In this document: in pieces, positions 13,100 through 25,897 of the stretch
How the letters are laid out: the number at the start of each line of letters is the position of its first letter
Numbering within the stretch: position 1 is the first letter of the stretch
Assembly: GCA_964016885.1 (NCBI GenBank)
Contig: OZ024744.1
Coordinates: forward strand, 100,874,001-100,938,000
Reading direction: 5' to 3'
Source: Eledone cirrhosa
Taxonomy: Eukaryota
Length of the DNA stretch: 64,000 nt
Made by a program: the position numbers and the translations under genes
The notes under the pieces: model-generated
What the model was told of the DNA's origin: nothing
Databases searched by the model: none
What the model saw: only the letters and a program-made list of their open reading frames with translations

Positions 13100-13512
13100 A
13101 GGTCTATGTATAATTATTTTGCTGTCATTCTTGTGAGTTTATAACACACACATCAAACTTCTCAATCCACAAAAGATTTTTCCAGAGGAGAAAAGTGGTA
13201 ATGATCAACCAATCACCCTATAGTCCCAACTTAAATTTATGCGATTGTTGGGGTGTTCAATTTATTAAAGCAACAACTTTGAAAATTTATTTTTGCTTCA
13301 TTAGAAGAGGCGGTAGATGAATTGTTGTGCTGGTTTCAACAATTGCCGAAGGAACGGTTCCAGAAAGAGTTAAATGATTTGTATAAGCACTGTAAAGATG
13401 TTATTCCATTCAATGGAAATCATGTTTTCAGAATAAATATATTTTAGTTTTAATATGTTGTGCTTTTTCATTTAAAAGGTAAGTCTAAAGAGTTTATTGC
13501 CACACCAAATAT
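13100..13512 (+). mobile_element. Mariner transposase C-terminal remnant with probable right end
   Basis: Translates to ...NQSPYSPNLNLCD...FASLEEAVDELLCWFQQLPKERFQKELNDLYKHCKDVIPFNGNHV, matching the mariner YSPDL-x-P-x-D motif and C-terminus. Confidence 0.75.
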
Positions 13513-13755
13513 ACATATATATATACTCGTTCCTATATATATATATATATATATAGTACGTTATTCCGGGTTGAATCGGAGGTAACCACAGTAAGTAAGG
13601 TACTCAATACATTGCAGAGTATAACAGTTTTAATATAGATGAGATTCTACAGGACTAGAAATACCATATTTATTTTTTGATACCCAGATTCCTGATGATT
13701 TCTAAAGAATGAAACAGTTCTAGTCCTGTAGAATCTCATCTATATTAAAACTATA

Positions 13756-13787
<32 letters not shown>

Positions 13788-13791
<4 letters not shown>

Positions 13792-13990
13792 AACGAGTAG
13801 GACCCCGACGGCTGAGCTCAAGCCATTTCGACGGCTAATTCTGGACATTTTAGTCCAGAATTAGCCGTTGAAACGGCTTGAGCTCAGCCGTCGGGGGTCC
13901 TACTCGTTCCTATTACCCACTCTACTACCTTAAGTATTGAGTACTTTGGTGCGTTATGGTCCACCTGGTTCCTTACCACATTTCCTTTGT
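13788..13990. repeat. GC-rich near-perfect hairpin element between TA tracts
   Basis: aggaacgagtaggaccccgacggctgagctcaagcc...ggcttgagctcagccgtcgggggtcctactcgttcct; paralog at 21570-21765 with the same 3' flank. Confidence 0.9.
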
Positions 13991-14729
13991 TATATATATA
14001 TATATATATATATATATGTAAAAGGTAAACAGAAATAACAACACAATCAGTACAGTATATGGAAGGGATATATTAGGTTAACACTTGAAATAGCAGGAAG
14101 AGGGTCTTAACGTTTCGGACGCTAGTCCTTCATCAGAAGAAAGAATGAGAAATAAGATAGATTGAGGGGACAGGGGGTGGGGGTGGAATTGGAAAAAAGT
14201 CTTTAGAATATATATATATTACTAGCTGTTGAAGCGGCAAGAGCTCTGCTGCCAGGAAACTGACTCTTTATAATATATATATGATTGTATGTATATATAT
14301 GTATGTGTCCAGGTGTACTACTCACCCTCTCACAGAGAACACACCACACTCTTCAGCTAGTCGAATGATCTCAGTGACCAGTCCTTCTTCCTTCACCCAG
14401 ACAATACCACAGGTGGACATTCCAATGTGACCCATGGCCTAGAGTGCCTACTTCAGTAGTATGAGATCAGTGTCAGTATTGAGTACTTGGTATTTGATAC
14501 AACGGAAATGTACTGAATATTTCCTACCATGTAGTGCATATTTCCTGCATTGTTCCAGGAAGTTTCTTTCTAGCTCTGGCTAACTTATTAAATGGACGGC
14601 TAATTACTGCTTGTAATTGAATATCCTGGTGTGTGCTCATTTAGTCTACAGGACAATAAAATGTTTATATAACATTACTGAGTGTCGAAGGCATAATTAT
14701 TTGTATATTGGTATCAGAAGGCCGTTGCT

Positions 14730-16112
14730 CCAGAAAGTAGTAACTACAGAGGAATAAAACTAATGGACCAGGTTAGGAAACTGAAGGATACAGTTCTAGC
14801 ACAGCTAATTAGGGAAAGAGCGAAATTAAATGAGATGCTTTTTAGTAAGGCAACTACAAGAGAAGTTCCTAGCTAAGAATACACCACAATATTATTTAGC
14901 TTTTGTTGATCTAGACCTGTGACAGAGTACCTCAATCTATTACCTGGGGGTCTTAAAGGAAATTAGGTGGAGAAGAATGGCTTGTGAAAACAGTGCAAGC
15001 TATGTATAGAGGAGCTGTCAGTAAAGTGAGAGTAAGTAATGTGTTTAGTAAGGAATACAATGTGTAAATAGGTGTCCATCAGGGTTTGGTTCTCAGCTCA
15101 TTGTTGTTCATTGTAGTCCTCCAAGCCATAACAGAGGAGCTTAAGGCTGGCTGTCCATGGGAACTTCTCTATGCGGATGATCTGGTCCTTATATTTGAAT
15201 CCACAAAAGAATTAGAGAATAAGTTACAACTATGGAAACAGAATTTGGAATAAAAAAAGCTGTGAGTAAACTTAGCCAAAATTAAAGTGTTAGTAAGTAG
15301 GAAAGAAGATGGACCCTGATTCCCACCAGATAAATGACCCTGCTTAATATGTAGAAAAACAGTTGGCATAAACTTTATACGATGTGTACAATGTAAATCT
15401 TGGGTACACTAGTGATGCAATAGGAAGGGAAGACTTTGTATATAGAAGATGCACAGGGGTAATCGAATGGAAGAGCACCAGTGATATAAGCCTTTTCAAA
15501 TCACATGAAGGATCCATAGAAGTGGTTAATAGCTTCAGCTATCTAGGTGACTTAATTAGCAGCAGAGAAATGTGCTCTCAGAGTATAATAGCTAGAGTAA
15601 GGATAGGATTGAACAAGTTTAGAGAACTACTCCCACTGCTGACAACTAAAGGTTTCTCCCTACATACAAAAGGAAGACTGTATGATGCTTAAGTGTGAAG
15701 TGTGGTGCTGCATGGTAATGAAACATGGGCTGTGACTGCAGAGGATATGTGTAGGCTGGAAAGAAATGAACCATGCTTTGTTGGATGTGTAATGTAAATA
15801 TGAGAGAAAGGCAGAACTTTGAGGAACTGAGGGAGAAACTGGGTTGAATAGGAATCAGAAGTGCTGTGCAAGAGAGAAAACTGTATTGGTACAGACATGT
15901 AGTGTACATGGATGATAGTCCTTGGGTGAAGAAGTGGAAGGAAGCTGCAGTAGAGGTAGACCACAGAGGGGGTGAGAGCACATCTCAAATTGCTGAGACC
16001 CACAGAGAAGATGACAAAGGAACGTGGTGAGATCCTGTCCTGAAAAGGACCTACCCTACACATGTGAGTGTGGAAAAATTGGATGTAAAAACGATGATGA
16101 TGATGATGATGA
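14730..16112 (+). mobile_element. Decayed RTE LINE (RT to 3' tail)
   Basis: GVHQG, PWELLYADD, LHGNETW; ends in ggatgtaaaacg(atg)n. Confidence 0.88.
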
Positions 16113-16153
16113 TGATATATATATATTTAAAACTACCAGGCTTTAAAATGCCC

Positions 16154-16637
16154 ACAAGGTGTTTACACTTGGCTATAGATACAGCATTAGCTACAATCTA
16201 TAGATATATATACTGTAGTACAGTATATATAGAGAGACAAGGTGTTTACACTTGTCTATAGATACAGCATTAGCTACAATCTATAGATATATATACTGTA
16301 GTACAGTATGTATAGAGACACAAGGTGTTTACACTTGTCTATAGATACATTATTAGCCACAATCTATAGATATATATACTGTAGTACAGTATATATAGAG
16401 ACACAAGGTGTTTACACTTGTCTATAGATACATTATTAGCTACAATATATAGATATATATACTGTAGTACAGTATATATACAGCGAGACAAGGTATTTAC
16501 ACTTGTCTATAGATTCAGCATTAGCTACAATCTATAGATATATATACTGTAGTACAGTATATATATAGCGAGACAAGGTATTTACACTTGTCTATATACA
16601 CATTGTTCATTACAATGTTTAGATATATGCTGTAGTT
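16154..16637. repeat. 83-85-bp minisatellite, ~6 copies
   Basis: Units start acaaggtgtttacacttgtctatagatac at 16154, 16237, 16320, 16403, 16488 and 16573. Confidence 0.95.
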
Positions 16638-16639
16638 CA

Positions 16640-17852
16640 AGCTAGCTGATGAACAGTACGGTTTTCGCCCTAGATGCAGCACAGCTGACTAAATATTCAC
16701 TCTGCAACAGGTCTTTGAGAAATCATGCTAGTATTGCCAAGAGATATACTCTTGTTTTGTAGACCCTGAAAATGCATATGACTGCACCCCTTGGAACCTG
16801 TTGTGAAAGGTTGTGCAGGAGTATGGGATCAATAGTCAGTTTCTTATTCTGATGTCTCTATACGAATGCCTGAGTATTTGTGTTCAGATAAATGGTGCTA
16901 AATCAAAACCATTCAATATAACAGTCGGACTCTGTCAAGGGTACGTACTGTCACCTCTCCTATTCATTATTTACATGAACAGGATTGACATGTGCATCCG
17001 AGCTGGAAGTGGTATCACAACTGGTGTGTGTAAAATCAGTCAGCTGGAATTTGCAGATGACAAGGTGTTACTTAACTTGACAGAAGGTGATCTCCAACTT
17101 GCACTTGATAGGTTTGATGCTGAGTGCTGCTTGGCTGGAATGAAAATCAATGCTACAAAGACTGAAACACTCATCTTCTCAAGGAAGCCTGCACAGTGCA
17201 CTCTACATGTGAATGGAGTTCCACTGAAGCAGGTGGAGAACTTCAAGTATCTCAGAGCCATGTTCATGGGTGATGGAGGGCAGGAGACTGAATTAAGTGC
17301 AAGAATTGTAAAAGCTGGTGCAGTAATGCACCAGCTTCAGCATTCAGTAATCAGAAGAAGGGAGGTAGGTGTAAAAGCCAAACTTGCTATCTTCAATTCT
17401 ATTTTCATGCCAACCCTTATATATGGCCATGAATCTTGGTTAATGACTGAAAGAAGATGATCACGAATAGAAGCAGCCGAAAGAGGATTCCTCCAAGGAG
17501 TTTTTAGAGTAATGTTTCTTGATAGAGTGTGTAACTCGGAGATCGGAGAGTCACTCCAGGTAGAGCTGCTACTTCTCTGAATTGAGAGATGACAGCTTCG
17601 ATACTATGGTCATGTGGTTAGAACGTCCCAGGAAAGAATCGCTGGACGGATTTTACGAGCAAAACCAGCCAGCAGGAGACCCGGGGGTAGACTCCAAACA
17701 AGATGGTTGGATAACATCCATGAACTTGGATGGTCTCTCTCTTGGGGATCCAGCTGGATCAGTTGGAGATGGTTACTTCTGACAGGACCCGTTGTAAGGA
17801 GTGTTTGAGGACTCTTCCCCCATGACCCTCTCAGGAATAAGTGGGTAAAGAA
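16640..17852 (+). mobile_element. RTE family C (Expander/Rex3-like) RT 3' half
   Basis: EQYGFRP, GLCQGYVLSPLLF, FADD, QVENFKYL, PTLIYGHESW, RRPGGR; lacks the PHD insert. Confidence 0.88.
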
Positions 17853-17984
17853 GTATATATATATATATATATATATGGGTGCACAAATGATGTAGTGGGA
17901 TAATGAGTAGACTAACAGGTAGGGAGAACTTTGCATGTAGAAGTTAAACAGGAGAAATCGAGAGGAAGACTGCTAATGATATAA

Positions 17985-18605
17985 ACCTTTTCCAGTCGCA
18001 GGAAGGATCCATAGATGTGGTTGATAGCTTCAGCTATCTAGGTGACTTAATTAGCAGTGGAGGAGGGTGTACTGAGAGTATAATAGCTAGAATAAAGATA
18101 GGATGGGAGAAGTTTAGAGAACTACTCCCACTGTTGACATCAAAAGGTTTCTCCCTGCATACAAAAGGAAGACCATATGATGCCTAAGTGTGGTGCAAAA
18201 TGCTACATGGTAGTGAAACATGGGTTGTGACTGCAGAAGACATGCATAGATGGGAGAGAAATGAAGCAAGCTCCATTGGATGTGCAATGTAAATGTGAGA
18301 GAACACAGATCTTGGACAAGCTGAAGGAGAAGCTGGATTTAAGGGGAATCTGAGGTGGTGTGCAGCAGAGAAGACTGCTTTGGTATTGACAGGTGATGCA
18401 CATGGACAATGACCTATGGGTGAAGAAGTGTCAGGAAATCCCAATGGGAGGAAGCCGCAATAGAGGACAACCAAGAAAGACCTGGACTAAGATTGGCAGA
18501 GGAGATGATGAAGGAACACAACAATTGGAGAGATGCTATGCTGAGAAGGACCTGTCCAACCCATGCAAGCATGGATAAAGCAGATGTGATGACAATGATG
18601 GTGAT
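17985..18605 (+). mobile_element. RTE 3' fragment
   Basis: FSYLGD, MLHGSETW, RGQPRKTW and the cccatgcaagcatgga tail. Confidence 0.85.
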
Positions 18606-18677
18606 ATATATAGAGAGAGACAAGTTGTTTACATCTGTCTAGATACACAGTGTTGGCTACATTCTATCTATCTCATA

Positions 18678-19265
18678 CACTGCCCGGGCGTTACCGACCT
18701 GTGGGGCTGTGTAGAAGGACTATTGTTGCAGGTGGGACCAATCCGGTGGACCACCGAGTCCATTGTCATGATAAAACCGCCACCCTCCTTCAAAAACGAA
18801 GGAGAGGCGGTTTTCCTTTGTGTGATAGCTATGGCGAAAGAGGTTGTATGGTGGACGCGGTTAAAAGGGCTCCGGCCAACAACTGATTCTTTTTTTCAAA
18901 TACCACTTTGGAAGAAGAATCAGGATGGAGAGAGAGGTGCTGTACCCCAGCAAGTTTTATGAAAGGTGGGTGAAAGTGGCGAGAATGGCCCGAGTGAATG
19001 GGCCTTCTCTCTATATCAGCCTGTAGGTTGAGGAAAAAGAGGAAGAGAGGAAAGGGGTACAAACTCTTCATACTCCTGGAGATGAGGGTTGCACATTGTT
19101 TTGGGGGTATGTGTTTACCCATATGAAATGTCTCCCCCTATTGGGGAAAATCGATTAACTTTTCAATTGCATTTGTGATCATATTTTACACGTTTCTATT
19201 GTATGTAAACTTCTCCCTTTGCATTTGTCCCCTTCTTTTGTGCCCCTGTGGCTAATAAAGAAACA
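18678..19265 (+). mobile_element. Tx1/L1-like LINE 3' fragment
   Basis: CP...LWGCVEGLL...AMAKEVVWWTR...ERE.L...FYERW resembles the region after the zf-RVT of Tx1/L1 ORF2; AATAAA near 19254. Confidence 0.6.
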
Positions 19266-19304
19266 TATCTATATATTTGCTCTACGGTTCATATATATCT
19301 TATC

Positions 19305-19645
19305 ATTTCATCATCATTTCATTTTACGTCCGCTTTTTCCCTGCTTGCAAGGGTGGGACGGGAACTGATGCTGGCTTGATTTCTACAGCTGGATGCCCTT
19401 CCTAACACCAACCTCATTTACAGTGAGTGCTGGGTGCTTTTTTGCCGTGGCACCTCCACGACCACTTTGCAGTGGTATGATATGGACCCCAGTCCCTATC
19501 ACCTCATTTCTACAGCTGAGTAAACTGGAGCAATGTGAAATAAAGTGTCTTGCTCAAGGAAACAACACATCACCCAGTCTGAGAATTGAACTCACAACCT
19601 TTCGATTGCAAGGCCAATGCTCTAACCACTAAGCCATGTGCCTCC
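19305..19645 (-). mobile_element. CORE-like SINE family 2, full length
   Basis: TSD atcttatc at 19297-19304 and 19646-19653; splits a fold-back-family tail. Confidence 0.92.
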
Positions 19646-20641
19646 ATCTTATCTGATATATATTTATCCTTATCGAGCCCTCTTTGGATTTTAGTCTTCA
19701 AATTTATTATTATTACTATATATATATATATATATTGTAGTACAGTGCAGCATTTAAAAAAAACCACTTCACATATCAGAAATTTATTTTTAAAACTGTT
19801 AATATTTTGGTATAAACAGTTCCTCTTATTAACATAAAAATAAAAGCTGTGTATGGTGATAAAAATCCTCGTTTATTTATCACTTAGTTATTTCAGAAGC
19901 TGAAGTTCAGATAAGAAAATTGTCATTAGAGCTATTGGGAGGGTTTTTATTTAAATAAATATTTGTCCCGTGATTAATTCTAAACAGTCTAGAGTTACTT
20001 CCCTTCATAAACCTGCTTATCTCTCGGCCTTTTCGTTTAACAGTTAGAAACTTTCTGTCCCACCAACAACTTCCACTATGAAGGTATATTGCTAAATATA
20101 TTCAATGCTTCTCTTATCTAATTTATATTATCTTTATATGCTTTTATTCCAGAATGCCTATATTTATATATATGATCGTAAATACGTGATCCGTTAATTG
20201 TTTCTTAATGCTAACTTCAAATGTACTATTTTTACACGTAACACTTGTTCTATTAATGCTGTTTTTGCTATCTTCCTTCATCGTCCCGTGTATGTACCCG
20301 GAGTTTATTGTGTGTACTATTACTGTAATTATATATATGTATTACTTTATTATCAAAATGTTTTAATATCCGTTTATCTACGATAGTTTTCATAAAACAA
20401 ATTATTGATAAAAAATATATATAAAGAAACAAAATCGAATACGCCCACTTGACTGCATCGGGTCTTTCATTGGAAACCACCTGGCTTTAAACTTTAATGT
20501 TGTGAATGTATGTGTGTATGCATGGGTGTCTAAATTAGAGGGGTGGGATTCAAAACCTAGCATAAATATAATTCTAAAACATCTTGTTAAGCTAATAACC
20601 ATCTGATTTATTTATCAGTTTCTATTTTTTAAAAATAAATG

Positions 20642-20673
<32 letters not shown>

Positions 20674-20929
20674 CGGTATATATATACGGTATATATATAT
20701 ATAAAAATGGGTGTTCCTCTAGAAACCATTCGGAACAATTTTGATTATTTTGGTAAATTTCTATAAAAGAAATATTTAATATGCCAAAGGAAATATTACG
20801 TTAAAGTTAATAATGTTATTATAAACCACAGGAAAGATATGTAGTGAATTAACGTTGCTTTCTTTACTCCTAAATAAGCGCAAAACTTTTAACTTTGAAT
20901 TTCCGAGAAACGTTCATGTAAAATATAAC

Positions 20930-21057
20930 AATGAAATAGCTGACGAAATGACAAGAAATTCGTATAGAGATCTGGGTTGATGTGTTGACAGACACACAGA
21001 CAACTTTCCGACAACGATGTCTCCGAAGAATTACAGAAATATTTGAAATGCGTAAGT
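20930..21057 (+). other. Candidate first/5'-UTR exon ending in a strong donor (GC|GTAAGT, 21052-21057)
   Basis: Lies in a rare, largely TE-free stretch (about 19740-21260) that retains CpGs. No ATG is in frame with exon 43469, so the link to the PX gene is unproven. Confidence 0.25.
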
Positions 21058-21261
21058 AAACATTTGAAAACCCCACCCTCCGTCTACGTTGGAAGGAGAG
21101 CCACTAATCGGCCTTACATGTTAAACCAAAATAAATAAGATATGTTTTACTAATAGGAAGTGTTGATAACTTGTTAATTATTTTACGGGGCAGAGGTATA
21201 TGAAAGGGGGTTCTATACGATATTGGGAGAGTTGTTTAGGAAGTGGAAAGACAAGCATTAA

Positions 21262-21400
21262 TAATAATTGTTTCTACTTTTGGCACAAAGCCAGTAATTA
21301 CACCAGTGCATTACTGGTACTTTATTTTATCGAACCCCGTAAGGATGAAAGGCAAAGTTGACCACGTCGGGATTTGAACTTAGATCATAAAGGGCCGTTA
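21262..21400 (-). mobile_element. SINE family 1, truncated
   Basis: Reverse complement of core and tail. Confidence 0.85.
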
Positions 21401-21525
21401 ATACTACTACTACTACTACTACTAGATGTAATCAAATAATCAAATTAAGGAATTTCCAAGACTGATCTAGCTACAGATTTAGAGAAGCGAACGTGATGTG
21501 CTGAGAGTAACTATTGCCCCACCCC

Positions 21526-21564
<39 letters not shown>

Positions 21565-21762
21565 GAGTCAGCCCCCCCCCCCCCCGACGGTTGAGCTCCG
21601 GCCGTTTCGACAGCTAGATCCGAATCTAGCTGTCGAAACGGCCGGAGCTCAACAGTCGGGGTCCTGACTCCTCCTTTCCTATTACCCACTCTACTATCCT
21701 ATCTTAGTATCGAATACTCTAGTGCGTTATGGTCCATCTAGTTTCTTACCACACTTCTTTCG

Positions 21763-21807
<45 letters not shown>

Positions 21808-21974
21808 ATAAATAATTTTATTCTTTTACTTATTTCACTCATTAGACTGTGGCCATACTGGAGCATCATCTTTTGAAGGGTCTTAGTCGACCATATCGAC
21901 TCCTGTAATAATAATCTTATCAGTCTCTTGTTGTCGAACCGCTAATTTACAGGACATAAACAAACAGTAAACGT

Positions 21975-22825
21975 AAACACACACACACACGTACGCGTGT
22001 AAACACACACACACACACGTACGCACACGTGTAAACACACACACACACACACGCGTAAACACACACACACACACACATACGCGCGCGTGTAAACCCAGAC
22101 ACACACACGCCCGCGTGTAAACACAGGAACACAGACACACACAGACACACACACACGCCCGCATGTAAAGACAGACGCATAAGATGGACTTCCACACAGT
22201 TTCCATTTAACAAATTTCACTCGTAAGCAATTTGCTCGGTAAAAAATATTTACCCAATGTGTCACACCCGAAGATATGCGAACTACTTAACCACACACAC
22301 ACACACATGCACACTCTCTCTCTCACTCATTCACACACACACCCATCCACTCTCTCTCACTTACACACACACCCACCCACTCTCTCTCACACACACACAC
22401 ACGCTCTCACTCACACACACACACGCTCTCTCTCTCACACGTACACGCACACGCACACGCACACGCACACGCACACACACACACACACACATACACTCTC
22501 TCACTCATTCACACACACACATACACTCTCTCACTCATTCACACACACATACACTCTCTCACTCATTCACACACACACCCACTCTCTCTCATTCACACAC
22601 ACCCACTCTCACTCACACACACACACATACACTCTCTCACTCATTCACACACACACCCACTCTCACTCATTCACACACACACATACACACATACACTCTC
22701 ACTCATTCAGACACACACATACACTCTCACTCATTCACACACACACCCATTCTCTCTCACACACACCCACTCTCACTCACTCACATACACACACACACAC
22801 ACACACTCTCACTCACATAAACACA

Positions 22826-22882
<57 letters not shown>

Positions 22883-22910
22883 TCTCTCTCACACTCTCTC
22901 TCTCTCTCCC
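21975..22910. repeat. Compound (CA)n/(CT)n microsatellite
   Basis: Direct inspection. Confidence 0.97.
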
Positions 22911-22934
22911 TATATATAATATATATATATATAT

Positions 22935-23265
22935 GCAAAAGTTCTATTTAAAGTTGTTGGGATACAAGTAAATATTTTTATAACTGATATAAAGCACTCA
23001 ACAAGTATTTGGAGTAGATATACGATATTAATAAATGGAAACTATATTTATAAAACCATATTTATTTCATTATACATATTTCAGGGATACCAAATTAAAT
23101 TATGGTATGCCTTCATCAGACAAAATACAATATATAACAGTTTTACAAATAAGCTTTGACGTACCCTTTTAAAATGCGATCATATGGTCGCATTTCAAAG
23201 TTTATTTGTAAAACTGTTATATATTGTATTATGTCTGATGAAGGCATACCATAATTTAATTTCGT
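22935..23265. mobile_element. Fold-back element with hammerhead core (PLE-type)
   Basis: Inverted arms around ~23170; minus-strand CTGATGA-aggcatacc...ggtatccct-GAAATATGTA at 23072-23119. Same family as 12865-12940, 25630-25810 and 28795-29175. Confidence 0.7.
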
Positions 23266-23279
23266 ATATATATATATAT

Positions 23280-23632
23280 TTCTGGCGTCGCGCAGTAATA
23301 CAGAGTACCCGACCTTCCATGGGTACATGCTGAAGCATATAGACAATATGCCCCCACACACCCCACCGCAAGGTGGTCGTGGAGGTGCCACGGCAAAAAA
23401 AGCACCCAGCCCACACTGTAAAGTGGACGTGTAGGCGCCACGAAAAAGCACCCAACACTCACTGTAAATGAGGTTGGTGTTAGGAAGGGCATCCAGCTGT
23501 AGAAATCAAGCCAAATAAGTTCCTGTATGAGCAAGGCATGGTCAGCCGACCAGACACTGCCCACAACAGGACAACCCGTCTAACCCATGCTAGCGTGGAA
23601 GAACGGACGTAAAACGGTGATGATGATGATGA
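23280..23632 (+). mobile_element. RTE family A 3' UTR/tail
   Basis: Near-identical to 35808-36140. Confidence 0.9.
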
Positions 23633-23781
23633 TGTGTGTGTGTGTATGCGTTTATCCCGGGTTCAATCGGAGGTAACCACAGTAAGTAAGGTACTCAATA
23701 CATAGCAGATGATTTCTCCCGAATGAAACAGTTCTAGTCCTGTAGAAGCCATTTCTATATTAATATATATATATATATATA

Positions 23782-24978
23782 ACTAAGAACATAGATTTTA
23801 CATGTGGCCGGTGCTCTGGTGCAATAAGTAGCAGCAAGTGCCCACAAAATACTAGCTCCTTCAACTGCGCAGAGGGTTCTATAGAAATAGTGGACAGCTT
23901 CCGTTACCTGGGTGACAAAATCAGCAGTGGTGGAGGGTGCTCTGAAAGTACAGTAGCTAGAGTCAGAACTGGGTGGAAAAAGTTCAGAGAGCTTATACCA
24001 CTATTAGCCGCTAAAGGGTTCTCTCTCCCTAAAAATGAAAGGCAGGTTATACGATGCCTGCATACGAACAGCAATGCTGCATGGCAGTGAGACCTGGGCA
24101 TTGTGTGCAGAGGATATACGCAGACTAGAGAGGAACGAAGCTTGCATGCTCCGCTGGATGTGCAATAGTAATATACGTGAACGGCAAAGCATAAACGAAC
24201 TAAGGAAAAAATTAGAGATAAGAGGGATCAGATGTTGTTTACTCGAGAGAAGGCTACGTTGGTACGGTCACGTGATGAGCATGAAAGACGACAGCTGTAT
24301 AACAAAGTGCAGGGCAATAAAGATAGACGGTAACCACGGAGTAGGCAGACCCAGAAAAACATGGGACGACTTGATAAATTCCGACCTCACACGCTTACAC
24401 CTCTCCAAGACAATGTCACTGGACTGAGACCTTTGGCGGCACTCAGTAATAGAGAAGACCCGCCTTACCTAAATACAAAGTAAAAACCTACTACAGTCAG
24501 TAGGCATCTCTATCAAAACACACCCCCGTCCCACCACCTCCACCCCATCCACACCGCCCCTTTCAATGTAAAGTTATGTTGGTCCCACAACATCCAGGCC
24601 GAAACAAATGAGATCGTGTAGGTGTCACGACAAAAAAACACACAGTCCACGCTGTAAATGTGGCCGTGTAGGCAACACGGTAAAAACCTCCCAGCCCCAC
24701 ACTGTAAATGTGGTTGGTGTTAGGAAGGGCATCCAGCTGTAGAAAACCCGCCAGACAGTCCACGCTGTAATGTGGCCGTGTAGGCAACACGGTAAAAACC
24801 TCCCAGCCCCACACTGTAAATGTGGTTGGTGTTAGGAAGGGCATCCAACTGTAGAAAACCCGCCAGACAGTCCTATGCGAGCAAGACAACCACTCTTGCC
24901 TCAAGTGGGGAAAACCCCGTCCAAACCCATGCAAGCGTGGAACACGGACGCTAAACCTGATGATGATGATGATGATGA
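23782..24978 (+). mobile_element. RTE family A 3' fragment with full tail
   Basis: DSFRYLGD, KGRLYDACIRTAMLHGSETW, GRPRKTW; ends in (gat)n. Confidence 0.92.
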
Positions 24979-25094
24979 TATATATATGTATGGGTTATAT
25001 CGAATATTAATAATAATATTCAATTCGTTTGTAAACAAACGGCCCGATTAAAGCTATGCCATGCCGATGACATATATATATGTATATATATATA

Positions 25095-25490
25095 TATATG
25101 TATATATATAACCAAAGATTAATATGGTTCATTGATTACTCAATGAATATAGTTTTACAATAGATTAAAAGCACTCTACAATGAAGTTTTCTGGAGTTAT
25201 TAATATTATTCAGAATATTAATAAATGAAGACATTCACATAATCAAAATATATGTTTTATTAGATATATTTCGAAGGTACTGTGCTGTTTTTTCAGTACG
25301 TCCTCGTCAGATAAAATACATGAATTGATGTATGACATACCTGAACTGTCTTGATGGTTCAATTCCAGTACTGCCAATACAGGAATTGAACCATCAAGAC
25401 CGTTGAGGTATGTCATACATCAATTCATGTATTTTATCTGACGAGGACGTACTGAAAAAACAGCTCAGTACTTTCGAAATATATATAATT
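25095..25490. mobile_element. Fold-back element with hammerhead cores on both arms
   Basis: 25262-25368 is inverted to 25381-25487; CTGACGA-gga...ttc-GAAATATAT on each arm. Confidence 0.7.
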
Positions 25491-25612
25491 ATTTCTACTT
25501 TTGGCACAAGGCCAGCAATTATCCCAGTGCATTACTGGTACTTTATTTTATCGACCCCGTAAGGATGAAAGGCAAAGTTAACCTTGGTGGGATTTGAACT
25601 CAGACCATAAAG
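25487..25612 (-). mobile_element. SINE family 1, truncated
   Basis: Reverse complement of core and tail. Confidence 0.88.
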
Positions 25613-25897
25613 GAAATATATATATAATAAAACAACTTTTTTAAATGGAAGTTGATCAATATTTTATGGTACGTCAAATTTATTTATAAAACTGCTTATA
25701 TATTGTATTTTATCTGAAGAAGGCATGCCATATTTTTAATATGGTATCCCTGAAATATGTATAATGAAATAAATATGGTTTTATAAATATAGTTTCCATT
25801 TGTTTAATATCGTATAATAAAACATATATTTTGATTATGTGAATGTCTTCATTTATTAATAATATGAATAATATATATATATATATCAATATATATA

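Noticed and set aside
20015-20040. U2 snRNA-like ctcggcctttt
   Set aside because: Only ~11 nt match and the branch-point pairing sequence GTGTAGTA is absent.
21883-22951. His/Thr- and Cys/Val-rich ORFs (also 42077-43129 and 56489-57214)
   Set aside because: Translations of (CA)n/(TG)n microsatellites.
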